A stretch of 55,992 nt of DNA. Source: Catajapyx aquilonaris (lineage: Eukaryota). Below, in pieces: positions 36,601 through 48,600 of this stretch. How positions within the stretch are numbered: position 1 is the stretch's first letter; each line of letters begins with the position of its first letter. The position numbers and the translations under genes are program-made. The stretch spans positions 62,001-117,992 of the forward strand of contig KZ538146.1 in NCBI GenBank assembly GCA_000934665.2. Direction: 5' to 3'. Under the pieces are notes generated by a model. The model searched no databases, was not told the origin of the DNA, and saw only the letters and a list, made by a program, of their open reading frames with translations.

Positions 36601-36971
36601 GTGGTCCATCAGGTCGAGGAAGCGAGGCCACGGGCCGACCATTCCGACCCAGAGTCCGTCCCTACCAAAAGACATCCACAAGGTACCAGGACCCCGAACC
36701 TGACGATGAAGAATACCAGGAAGAACCACTTCGCCTCAGGCCTGGTTACGGCAACAGAGGGCAACCAGCTAGACATCAGCCAGAAGAAGAGGAAGAAGAT
36801 GACCTGGAAGAGCATCACAGGTCAAGAGAATCTCATTCAAGGAGACAGACACAGGGAGAGGGTCAGTTTCGGCCTGGGGGAGGTCGAAGGAGGCTCCGAC
36901 CTCTGGCTTCCAGACCACTCCCTAGAAGGAGGGCTAGACCTAGGATTCCGGATTACGATTATGAGTACTGA
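27581..36971 (+). CDS. Gene 3: secreted ChtBD2 (CPAP1-like) protein with long Arg/Pro/acidic low-complexity tail, 596 aa; join(27581..27617,33518..33798,34721..34854,34927..35482,35596..35850,36444..36971)
   Basis: GCCGCC-ATG Kozak; signal peptide MTGRHLPWGPCL/GILLLACTLA over a phase-1 intron; FKCEGLHDGFYASVPHKCQ|VYHHCLREVRYDFLCANYTAFDQKNFICHFASEVDC; intron phases 1,0,2,0,0 all consistent; total 1791 nt ending TGA. Confidence 0.85.
33518..33798 (+). CDS. Gene 3 exon (signal-peptide end, DPNLPRELNGYNLSNYPFY motif, first half of ChtBD2)
   Basis: Acceptor TTTTACAG|GT; donor CAG|GTGGGG. Confidence 0.9.
34329..34403 (+). ncRNA. tRNA-like element C in the ChtBD2-splitting intron of gene 3
   Basis: Acceptor GTCCCCG/CGGGGAC, D-arm GCTC-AGTGGTA-GAGC, hairpin ATCCA-TCTT-TGGAT, T-arm CCGGG-TTCGATT-CCCGG. 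Confidence 0.6.
34721..34854 (+). CDS. Gene 3 exon, second half of ChtBD2
   Basis: Acceptor TTCTGCTCAG; VYHHC...FLCANYTAFDQKNFIC...VDC; donor AG|GTAAGC. Confidence 0.92.
34927..35482 (+). CDS. Gene 3 exon, Pro/Arg/Tyr-acidic region
   Basis: Acceptor TTACAG after a 72-nt intron; in frame with ORF 34937..35599; donor GAG|GTTTGT. Confidence 0.8.
35596..35850 (+). CDS. Gene 3 symmetric (phase 0-0) 255-nt exon
   Basis: Acceptor TTGCATTTCAG|GTAAGC; in frame with ORF 35629..35874; donor CAG|GTATAC. Confidence 0.7.
35923..36207. mobile_element. HINE/DINE-1-like element with inverted termini, related to 831-1188, in the last intron of gene 3
   Basis: Both ends carry an AGACTTTTTC...GAAAA(A/G)GTCT hairpin plus ACGGCTAT in inverted orientation; GGAC (GTCC) microsatellite; C-rich interior. 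Confidence 0.6.
36444..36971 (+). CDS. Gene 3 last coding exon
   Basis: Acceptor CTCACCCAG|AAT; in frame with ORF 36471..36971; ends IPDYDYEY-TGA. Confidence 0.82.
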   Translation, partial: NPVKEEPPEVTDPPPRPSPRPSHNRGRGRPRPATSSTETPISNEAVEDDRYPSGPSGRGSEATGRPFRPRVRPYQKTSTRYQDPEPDDEEYQEEPLRLRPGYGNRGQPARHQPEEEEEDDLEEHHRSRESHSRRQTQGEGQFRPGGGRRRLRPLASRPLPRRRARPRIPDYDYEY

Positions 36972-38123
36972 CCATGTGCGCAATGATGATATTATTCTAA
37001 TGAAAATCGAGCTTTCCGTGTAGCTGGAGGGTCCCCAAGTCTTATTGTCGACATGCACCCAATATTCCGGTTTGGGTATGACTCAAATTTATTAGAAATT
37101 AAATAATTTGGAATCAGCAATAGGAATCTCACAGGGGCATTAGGCATGATAAAATCACGGGTAATAATATTTTTTAATTACCGTGGCAATAAACATTTTT
37201 TCAAACTTTCCTAGTTTCATGGATCAGGAAAACCTGAGATGCACAGCCTAACTAATAGTAGCTAACTTCATGAATGAAGTTTTGTTCTACCTTGTGCACA
37301 CTTTGTTGGACCTGGCATTTTATTGTTAAGCTACGTTAATTTTTTAAATGCTATTTGTTTTACCAGTACCTTGGTTTTTTTGGCAAACATTTTGAATTCA
37401 ATCACTGTACAAATTTGAGCATTCCAGTTGAGAGGGGAGTCTATTATTTTATTATGATGACGGCTGTGTTTATTTTATCTGCCCTTTGTCGCAAATGAGG
37501 GACTGAGCTAATATCAATTTGAGCTGACACTTTGTAGTAATACTAATATTTTATGTATTTCTGGACGAAAAGAATACGTAAGTTGGCGAAAGGCATGATT
37601 TTCTCATGCCTTGCCAAACAATACTGATTGTCCGAAAATGACCTACAACTTCCATGAACAACATATTGACAACCATGACGTCTCAGTAGAGTGTGAGTCT
37701 GAGCTTCCGTGTGAATTTATGGTTGTAATAATACTTGTATTTGCTGCTGAATATTGTTTTGTGATCTTAACGACTTTCTGAATGTATTGTAATACACCTG
37801 ACAAATGTAACATCGTAATTATTTTGTCCAGGATGATATTGTTGGTTCCAGCTAACGTAAACCATAGTCTCTGTGATAAAAAATACTAATGTTATCACAT
37901 GAGCGCTGCCTCATTTGATATGAACCATTTGTAATAGTGTGCAATACATTGTTTGAATGTTTTGGACCGTGTTGCAGTAGCTATTTACTGTATACCCGTT
38001 AAAAACTTCCTACAAGTGGTTGTGAGAAGTAAAAATCCTAAATACGCATGAAATTGTGCAGAATGGTAAGATTTAGCGCATTATGTAAAATTATTTACTG
38101 CCATATTCGTCCCAGTCCTCTGA

Positions 38124-38129
38124 AATAAA
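38124..38129 (+). terminator. Candidate polyadenylation signal of gene 3 (alternative AATAAA at 37188-37193)
   Basis: AATAAA ending about 1.15 kb of T-rich, UTR-like sequence after the stop. Confidence 0.35.
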
Positions 38130-38399
38130 AAAATTACAAGCAATTTCTAATGTCAAGAATAAATTAGTTCAGACGTCAAAAAGACAAAATAATGCCTTCC
38201 AAATTACCATTTGCCTCCTCTTACTATAAAAGGCCAACTGAACGTGAAAGCTATTCTCTTGGTCTAGGAGCAATATGGGTGGACAGATTTACACATAGTA
38301 ATTCAGTAGACTGAAAGGATGTCAAGTCTACCTGGAAACTTGAAATGGCACAATTTTAACGAAATTGAAATTTGTTGTACCTTATGTAAAATTATAATA

Positions 38400-38730
38400 G
38401 TGTAGGCCCCTCTTACCCGCGGGTTTCGAATCCGAGGATTCAACCAACCGCGGATTGAAAATACGTACTTAAAAAAATAAATTTCCGATATTCAAAATCT
38501 GAATTTGCCACGTGCCGAGCCCTATACAGTACAGTTTGACAATTATTTACACAACATTTACATTGTATTAGGTATTATCTAGAAATGATTTCAAGTATTC
38601 AGAAAGTTGCGCGTAGGTTATACTGTATGCATATATACAGTAATTAGCCTTATCCTTGAACATTCTCGGTTTTTGGTATCAGCGGAAGATTCTGATATTA
38701 ATTTCCCCCTGATATAGGGAGGGCCCATTG
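38400..38730 (-). mobile_element. pogo/Tigger non-autonomous element, MER2/MER2B-like
   Basis: Minus strand reads ...GATACCAAAAACCGAGAATGTTCAAG...TATAACCTACGCGCA...TACTTGAAATCATTTCTAGATAATACCTAATACAATGTAAATG...GGCAAATTCAG...TTTTCAATCCGCGGTTGGTTGAATCCTCGGATTCGAAACCCGCGGGTAAGAGGGGCC, motifs I recall from the MER2 consensus; degenerate TIRs. Confidence 0.75.
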
Positions 38731-39910
38731 CATTATACATACTGTCTTCTTTGCAGGATCTAAATTCTGAAGCTCCTCTTTCAAGTGAGCAGGTAGAAGA
38801 CATGTAGGTCTACTGTATAACATGAAAGACAGCCTTAATGTACTGTACATGCCATAAATAAGGCTTCTGGTATGTCAAGGTATGATCAAGTCTGATATAA
38901 TCAAAAGAGGTATATACTTCATTAAACAGATAATATATAATTATTTAAATTATTATATACAAGAGTTGTATATGGACGGAATTAATAGAGAGGTGCATAT
39001 ACTGTAGAGATCTTTCTCTCTTCAAAATGCATGAAAACACAATGAAAAATTGATGCATCTTCAAGTGTTTTCCATCGAACTCGTCAAGCACTACTGAATA
39101 GCTGCTTTCATTCCGGGTAACGTCAACTGCACAATCGCATATCCAACACTTAGACCTGCTTGTCAATTCTCCCTCAATTGTAATATAAATTGATTTAATT
39201 AACTAAAGACCCACAGTCACACACAGCAATCACCTCGATGGCTTGAACTGTACCACCTGAGATGTTGTTTTAACTGCACTATAAAATCTCTTGGTGTCTC
39301 CCAAACTCTAATTGGAAAATTCATGGACGGGAAATTTGTGAATAATAAGTATCTGATGGGGTTTTAGATATTGTAAAAAACGAGCTTATATTAACTTATT
39401 CGGAAAGAAAAAAAAGCGTATTACGTGTGAGCAAAATCTTATCTGAATACTTAAATACGTTTTCATTTCATTTCACTAATTACGTACCAGTATGTATTTC
39501 AGGAATGGATCATTTAAAATAAGGCCATTGGTTCCGAAATGAACTACATATCACTGATTCAGAGAGATACACTCAACACTCGCATAGTTTACTAATAAAT
39601 TCAGTCATGACCAAGCGTCTTGACAGTCTCCAACTATACCTACTACAGTAAAATATGGTTGCAATCCGAGTGACAATGAAGCCAGGAAAAATGAATTTCT
39701 ACACACTACCCCAGATTTTGGTGCGTAAATGCTCGTACTGTACGAAAAGTAGACCAGTTTATTGTGCACTGACTCTTCCGTCAGCTGTGGTCATCTCTAA
39801 AGGCATATTGTCATCTCGTGCCACACGTGACCTTCGATGCATATCGGACCCTCCCCTGCTTCCAATGTCAGAAATCACATTCAAGCGTTCTTGAAGGCCA
39901 ATAATATTAC

Positions 39911-39984
<74 letters not shown>

Positions 39985-39998
39985 TAATAATAATAATA
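39911..39998. repeat. (AAT)n microsatellite
   Basis: Direct reading. Confidence 0.95.
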
Positions 39999-42900
39999 CA
40001 AGTAAATTATGCACAGTGGCTTGAGTTTTAAAAAAACCCAAAGTCATATGCGACTAGTTGGATTGTTTTTCCATTGAGTTACAAAATTCGACACCTAGCT
40101 CTCCAAAATTGTCACTTTTTTCAAACAGAATCAATCACCTGCTGTAATCAACCCGATTGGACTGCAGGACGTTATGGTAGAACGAATAGGTGTACACACA
40201 AAACATGCAGCTACAAACTTTCGACAGAAAACTACCGGTACTCTTGTAGATGTCATATGACACACAAAAACGTTTAGCTAATCTCGTCAAAGCGTTTTGT
40301 TCAAACTGCGGACAAAATTGTGAGCGAAGTGCTATGACAAACTGCATAATTATCCTATATCAAAATTTTCAAATTTGTTTATATGGCTGATTTTGAGTCC
40401 TTTTATGGACTGAATATTATGCGCGTGCCTCAATATTTATCACATTTGGCAACACATCGTCAAAGCGTATGCGCAGAATGGCAGAAAAAAACCATTCTTA
40501 GCGTTGAACCATGTGATCTGGACAATTTATCCCTCTACAAAATCTTCGATAAATGCAATGTTTTTCCCGCGAACACACGTCAAATAATTACTATCCACCA
40601 TTTACGAAATGGCTGCTGTGGTTTCAAAATGGCATATAAAAAGTATTTGAATTTATAATAATCCAAAAGATCGCCATAACGGAAGCAAATGCGAGGGTTA
40701 CTGGCCACCATATGTACACCACGCCTAGAACACATTTTAATTCGGTTGCATGAGTGTAGAATGATAGTTGAAACAACAATATCTTCTTTCATGCCAAAAT
40801 ATCCTTTTTATCGCACACCACGTCTAGCTAACAAAAGAAATTGTGCTACATTACTATGATTAACAAAATTGCCCTTTTAATAGGTAGTTCAAGGCAATAA
40901 GTCTGGGCGATTATCGACAGGTAACTCGCCATGATGTGGATAATAACACAGTAGGTGCAAATTCCTGTGCTTCACCCTGAAGAAACTATACAGCTACTTT
41001 CAAAACTCATCAACCTTTACTGGCCTTTTTCCCCCACAGTTTTTCATTCCCATCCTCCACATAGGTCTAGCACATTTCTTAAAACTACGACACTGTCGTA
41101 TCAATTGTCATAAAAATACCCCCAGCGTAAACTGCCCAATTTGTGACCACCACATTGTCCTTCGAAGAATATTACACTAGAAGACCTCGTCCCCGGCCTT
41201 GCTGGTGAAAGAGATCGACAGAAGATCATCCTTCTCTTTCTCCATATGAAATGAGTCGCCCTTGAAGAAGTAGCTTTACACCTTACACGAGCAGAATCAG
41301 GCAGCCAAAACATGATCATCCGTTATGTTTCTATGAGATTCAACTGATTGCCTTGAATCAAATTCCGCATTACAGCTTGGGTTCAGGTCAACTATGGGGT
41401 TGAGGACAAACGACCTTTTTGGAGGCCGAGGTAATTTTGCTTATTAAAAAATGGCAGGTAGTGGTAGAAAAGGTGCCATAACGATCGTATAAATTTATTT
41501 GTCTGTATCAGTGTTTACACGCGCTATGAATACATCCGCATTAATTTGCATACATTTGCATGATTACGATTCCTCATTCAGAGAAGGCCGACAGATATGT
41601 GTGGGCGAAGAATGCGGCTTGTCCTCACTTGTATACGATTCCAGGGCTTTTAAAAAATATATGAAACTTCCAGGTTAGACACTTTCTTAAGTGTCATTGT
41701 GACCTTGCGGCAGGCGCGAGGTTAAACATAATAAAGCACGAATTTGTTAACATGCGGATGTTTGCTTCTGCTTTCTGAAGGGCATGAATCAGCTGTAAAT
41801 GTGTCTATTTAATCTAACATTCCGGAGGCATATTCTGTCACTATTAATAATGCTGCATAGACTTCCTAAATCGGACGTCGGATGTGGTAATGGTTATGCA
41901 AAGTAAAAGAAGCTCGCCATTTTGACTAGATAGCACCTAGATAGGACACCAAGTTTAGTGTGACAAGCCTATTTGCATGTAACATGGTCTCATGCTTGAC
42001 AGCGCTAAATTGAATCCATTAGGAATTTTACAGTACCCTCTGAACTCAAGTCACACATTTCCCTAGTAATGTTACTTTGAAGTGGTCGAACCTGCTGTAC
42101 TTAAATAATACCAGTTCTATTACAAGCATGATGAGTATGAAAAACCCATCTTCCATTTGTGTTTAGCAGCTTTACTGTTCAAAATTGAACCAGAAGTAAA
42201 AAATAAGTGAACGCTAGGACGAAATCCTTTCCGCCGACGGTATGTGTATATAGGCTACTACTCTCATTTCACAGATCAGGAATATGGAAGGCTAACGGTT
42301 ACCTATTTGTTCACCATGACCATTTCCTAGAACCCCACAAATGTCACGATCGCACCCACCTGGACTCACCCAGGGCTGTTGCTGTTATTATCTTGCTAGA
42401 CAAGAATTTAGTCTAGTGTGTAGGTACAAGGCCAATCCAGATTTTGGTAAAGAGATAAGTATGCATCAAATACAATTTGCAAGATTGTATGAAGAGTCAT
42501 AATCCGCACCAGGCTGCTGACTACTCCCTATGTCGCATCACTTCTTACTGTCACATTTATTCACGAGTGCTCTTTATAAGGCGACAATCTGGTTCTAAAT
42601 CGAAGGAAATATATCCACAAGATTTGTCACGACCACGACCAAGCAAAAGGCTTTATCTGGCAAATCCACCTGGAAAAAGTATTGTATTGTCACTCTTGAG
42701 CACGACCAAAGTGTCGTCCTGAAATCTCTGGAGGAACAATGAGGAGACCCACACATTGGCCTTTTGCTCTTAGCCCTTTCCAAGTGTCTCGACCAGAACC
42801 TGTTCCTCACTTTTATGATACGGGGCCTTTCTTTATGAAAATTCCATTACTGGTCGTCAATTACTTATAGCTATAAAAGTCACACCTAACAATGGGAAGC

Positions 42901-45509
42901 TTTTAGGGATTTGGAAGTGACGTGCATTGCAGTCACCTAGGCCAGGTCCAGTTGTATTGGGGACACATGTTCTCACTCAAGAGATTTTTGCATCATTTCT
43001 CAGAATGTGCACGACAACTGACAAATAGTTCCTGGCAACAAAGTAAAGTCGTCAAAATTAATATAATTTAGAGTGATCTTAAGGTTCGCACTTTTTGGGG
43101 ATTTGTCAGACGAAATACCCAAATCAATATAGATATTTGGGCAAAAAACTACGTTCAGAATTCAGATGATGTGATGTGATGATGGGAACACCCTGTATTC
43201 AAGGGAAGAAGCTTGCCAATTTAAATTACACTGCATGGCAGGGGTCTCCCAAGGACTCCTGGGATCGATTTGCATTCTCTGCCTTTGTCTTCTTTCCGAC
43301 TGGACAGTGCCGCAGGTGAAAGGTCATCCTGACTACTAGACTCCCCGGCCAAACATTTAGCAAAGTCGGGTGCAGCATGTCTTGTGCTTTGTCAAGGTCC
43401 GAGGCCAATCATGACTTGTCGACATGTTCGATTTTTAAAACGCTGATCTTTTGGCCATTTGACATTATATGTAAATATGCAATAAATACTTGGCAGTAGA
43501 CAAAACAAGTCTCTGACTTATAATGAATACAGTGTGAATTGTGATATTTCATTCTAATGTAATACTTTTACATACAGTAGTGTTTTCCAGTTAGTGATGT
43601 TTAGTTATATGGCCATTGGCCGACTATAACGCTTGGAGAAATAGCCAGTTGCATTTATCTATGTCTTTTTGTTCTCTATCAGTTATTATTGCAAAATATG
43701 GTGCACAAGTAATTTCACCACAAAATAATTTTTAATGTAATTTAATTCGCGACAAAATTGCTACCGGTATTTTTAACGAGGCTAGTACTCTCATTATATA
43801 TCATTGTAAATACGACAAATTTCACGCTTTAAAATGCAAAATTACATCAATACGCGTATACACATGCAACAGGGAGAAAGAGAGAGAGAAAGGAATTTGC
43901 AAAGTCAGCACACTTAATCATGTCAATATTGAGTCATGCGCACCAAACAGGAATAGCGTACGTGAAAGTGCTGTAATTCAAAAGCCCCGGAAAAAAAACA
44001 TGTTCCCTTCTCAGCTAGCTGCTGGCTATCAGTTAACGCAAGTGTAAGGCCAAAAAATGACAAAAATGAGGTTTTGCCGACCTATTTCCAAACGGCATTG
44101 CGCATTTGCAAATTGGTATCTTCACGACAATGTAACTTGGCGCCACTGACGTTACCTAATAAAAAGTTCAAGGCCTGAAAATTTTGGATCATTCCTAAGG
44201 AACCATTGTCTTCCGAATGGCAAAGACCCACTTGAAGATATAATGTTGGCATATTAATGCTAATGTCTACCACAGCCTTTTATTGTCGACAAAAAAATAT
44301 AGCTAAGGGTTGAATTAATGCGGTATTTATTTTTTTTACAAACAAGCCGAGTATAATCCATACATGAGGCAAGTTTCGATATGGCTGGAATGAAAAATAT
44401 ACAACATCCTTGACACACTTGTTGATTTCCCCACTGAATACGTTGTAATGGTCTTATATAATTGCCTAATAAGTACACTGTTGTTTACTCGCTTTAGCAT
44501 ACGCAATGTTAACGGCACTGTGTCCCACTAATGGTTCAAATATGCCATTTAACCTCCTTATGTACGCACAGTGTGTTTTCTAATAGTCTAAAAATATTTA
44601 TCAATATTACGCAACAGTCATTTCAGGTTATAATCTGCTGATTACCACTACAAAACAGAAGCTATCATTGAAAGTGACACCTGTCGTCCGCACAATACAA
44701 TTTTTAAAGTGAATTACCAACCAAACCAGCCTCCGAAGGACACTAATTACTCACACCTCCATCTTCTTTTCGTCCCTTTTCATGGGAAAGTCATAATTAG
44801 CCGCCATTATGCCTCAGCGACCTACATAACAAATAAGCAGATATTCATCAGAGAGGCAAATATAAGGTGGTCGCAGGCACCTTTGGCCACTTGATCATCC
44901 ATTCAAGCTTCGGGAGATTACATGCACAAAAAAAAGTGTAAGTAAAAAAAAATTGTTGAACTGGCGAAAGTGATCGTGCAGACGGGGGCAGGAATTCCAA
45001 ATTGCGTACCCACTCACACATTTGAGGTCAGACTTATCACTTGATCACGCATGGTACCTAATCAGCTTTATTTGGGAGGAATGTCTCAAAATTTGCCAAA
45101 TTGTGAAAAAAAAGGGCCGCAGCTTCTTAGAACAGGATGGATACATGTTAGTTTCTTATAGAGTCGACCTCCGAATCTAGTTTGGCAGCTTGGCGAAGAA
45201 CGAGATGAAGTAGTATCAGGGCGTTTTACTCACGAGTCATCACTTTACCCGTTTTGCGGGGAAATCCAAGGACGCGTAACGGCTATTAAGGCTGACACAA
45301 TACCGGTACGTAGCATCTTCGGTATTTTTTTTTTTGCATACATACATAGAATTCGTGGTGGAAAACACCTTAATGAATTTAGGCCTGTCACTTGACCAGT
45401 TTGTAATGGAGGATAGGCACCATAAATGGTAGTTGCATATGCAAATCTGTAGCAAGCTATTGTCCATATTTATTTAAAAGCAGTGCCAACTCACTTCAAC
45501 GGATATTAA

Positions 45510-45665
45510 CTTTAGTGGGGCTTAACGTCGGCCTATTTCAACACCGACGCCAGGGGGTGGTCCTCCTCCTGGAAATTTGGACACTCTGGGAATCTTTAAC
45601 GTGCACTGGCGCAATGTCACAAGCACAGAACCGACGGCTTTACTTCCCCTCCGAAGGAAGGTCAC
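45510..45665 (-). mobile_element. 5'-truncated SINE with Nin/Deu-like conserved domain
   Basis: Plus-strand motifs GGGAATCTTTAACGTGCAC and CCGACGGCTTTACTTCCCCTCCGAAGGAAG; minus-strand 3' tail GACGTTAAGCCCCA; no tRNA head visible. Confidence 0.6.
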
Positions 45666-48600
45666 CGCTATAATTGTCATGTGATAATTACCGACGTAGC
45701 ACAGTCTAAAAATTACACCATATCGCACTCAGTTATCGCGGTGTGCTATCAGTAGTGGGTGACATCTTTGGTCCAAGGCTCTTGGTATAAGTGAGACAGG
45801 AATCCGGATTATTTGGCTATCGTTCCCCACAGAGCTCTCAGCATTTTCCCATGGCAGTAAATATAAGGGACGGATGGTCACCTATAAGCGACCGAACCTT
45901 GACCCTTTGGCTCCTTGCGAAGCACGTGTCGTGAGTAAGAGGGCCCTGCCTTGAGAACTGAGCATTTCAGAAGGCCTGATTCTCCTCTCCCCATTCCCCC
46001 ACGATCATTTCAATTTTCAGACACTAAAGGCTCATTCTTATTCGCATCTTCATTAGTAACTTCTGAAGAAAATAGGGCCTATTCTGTTGGGTGTCCTCTC
46101 CCCTGAGGCGACTTTCATTGCCCCTGTCATTCTATTTTTCTAGGACTGTCCTTTCTTCCTGCTCAAAGATGGATGCCTGCTGAGGTCTTGCGGAGAACCC
46201 CCTCTTGCAACCACTCCTCACGTCAATGACATAACCGCCTCTTTGGGTATGCCCCCGCGTGGGGGTGATGTTTTCATTAAAGTTCCCCACGAGAAGAACC
46301 CTAGGGGGCGCCTTTTCAGGATGACCTCTTGTTGGCCTCTTCAGATGCAACCAGGAACATGCGCCACTTCCCACTTCTCTTTTTCCGGGTAACCATTATC
46401 TTACCTGTTCTATATTAGTTGATTACGTTTTGAAGACGCTTTGAACCCACGACAGTCACATGCTATAATCAGTATTATGAAGAGAAACTTGAGTTTGCGT
46501 CATACGGCCATGTTATATTATGCCTAAATCCCACACATGCGCCATGTTTGGTTGTCGTCTAATCATTTCTATGGCGGGATGCCAATTAGAGAGTAACTCC
46601 ATTTCCGTCGTGAAGTACGACTCGGAACATTATGATGTGTGGAGGGTACATGGTAGATTTCACTGGAAATGGTCAACAAGGCGTCTGTGTTCCCATTAAA
46701 CATAAATAAGCTTTGCGAGGCGGGACTGGTTTTCCACTCCCATACACCTCACTACATACCTTATCTCACTTAGTTGAAGTCCGGAGAGAATATTTAGGAG
46801 CTGCTTGATACATTAGCGCTTTCCAAGTTCATAAATATACCAGGACCTGGTGCACAGGACAGCTTTTTTTCTTTCCTGCTCGGTAATTTGCTTACTATAG
46901 GAGTCCTGTACAGAAAATTACGAAATGGATGTGTCAATTCCGGTACTCCTTGTCATCAATAATATTTTAAAGTCATAATAAGTATATTAGCTACTGTTTG
47001 GCATGTTAGGCTAATGATGTGCAGGTATTGCTGGGAGCATATGTGTTGGAAGAAACTGAAGTATTCATGAAAAGTGAGGAAAAGAGAAGTACGTGAGCTA
47101 CTTGTAAATCTATCTAGCTAAAAAGGGGGTAACAATAATAAGGCCTTTGACAAAAAAAATGTATAGATGTGTGAAAAATGTGACGCACTTGTGAATGACT
47201 CACATTCCAGAAATATAAATAAATAGTCAAATAAATGTGATAAGAACTAGGTAACTCTTAATTTGTGGGTTATTATTAGCCCTAAGTATAGTACATATGA
47301 TACACATTATCCGCCTGTGGATTATACTATATGCAACATTTAATTTAACATTTTAATTTTAATTTGTATGCAAATTGTCTATGACGCGAATTTTTAGTCG
47401 ATAGCATTTATCTCACTGCCAATTTCGTTAAAGGTTTAGTTTTAGAGAACATTATGTTATTCTAAAATTGAACATCGTCTACCCTTTCTATAAAAACTGT
47501 ACTATGAAATTTTTTGAATGTTCTTATCATTTATGTGACCGTTTCAGGCGCGAAAAACTACAAACGAACTCGTTCAGTGCGGTTGAAATTTTCACAATTC
47601 AGACAGCAGATATTGAAAAACTGAGTTCCACTTTTCCATACTGATAATACAGTATTACAATATTAGGAACAACTTACACTAAAAATCATCGAAGTACATG
47701 GAAAAATTAATCCTGGAATGAATTCTTTCTGCCGGAAAAATTATTCAAACTGTTGTTGTATATGCCCCTGTAGCAAGTACGTATCTGGAGTTGAGGGGTC
47801 AGAAGAAGATAAAGTGTGTGTGGTATGTAGACAGGCAGCAATCTGACTTCCCTCAACAGGTTTCTTCTCGTTACATTATTTTACTTTCTTATACGGGCCA
47901 CCCGCTCTCTCTAAGTTATGAAACCAGAAGGTGTAATCCTAATGTAATTCGTCGGACGTAACACAAGCATGCCAATAGGTTATCAGTCATCAGCTTATGA
48001 ATAAACATGGATGTTTCTGAATCCCCTTGTTGGATCAGATTTTACGACTTGGATGTTTTTTCTCTCCCATAATATTTCTGGAGATGTACTCCAGCACATT
48101 CCTCTGTAATTCGTGAATGCTTTTCACTTTTTAATTGGCTACACATACAAGTCCCAATTACGCTAATACTTGACCTGTGAGCACAAGCTGTAATTAAACT
48201 GTTTTGCAATTAATATTCAGGCAATATTACTTAATTTCCGATACCAAATTGTTGCACTCAATAAATGGATCTAATATGAACAAATCTGAAGACGATACCA
48301 AAGTGTACCTGCGTACACGTGAGACAGGCATTACAGACGCGAAACAAACGAGGTCAGACCGAAGAACTTTCGCAGAGAAAACAAGTGGTGAAAAGCGAGT
48401 TTGAGTCTCTGCCAACAAGACAAGAAGACGATCGAAGCATTAGAAACGCAAGGTAAAGGGGGGTAGGTAATAAATACCAGGACGAACTTCCTACATATGC
48501 TATCGACTGTCACTTTTTTTCAAGGTACGAAACTCGTCTTCCACAACAACAAAAATGTTAGTAATTGACCAATCCCTGAATGTCGTGAGTTGTCCAGAAC

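Noticed and set aside
48286..48345. Hammerhead ribozyme core (CTGAAGA...GAAAC)
   Set aside because: Stem II cannot pair and no flanking stems I/III were found
48336..48452. Possible isolated coding exon (TRNKRGQTEELSQRKQ...RNAR|gtaaag)
   Set aside because: Weak acceptor, no partner exons and no recognisable motif
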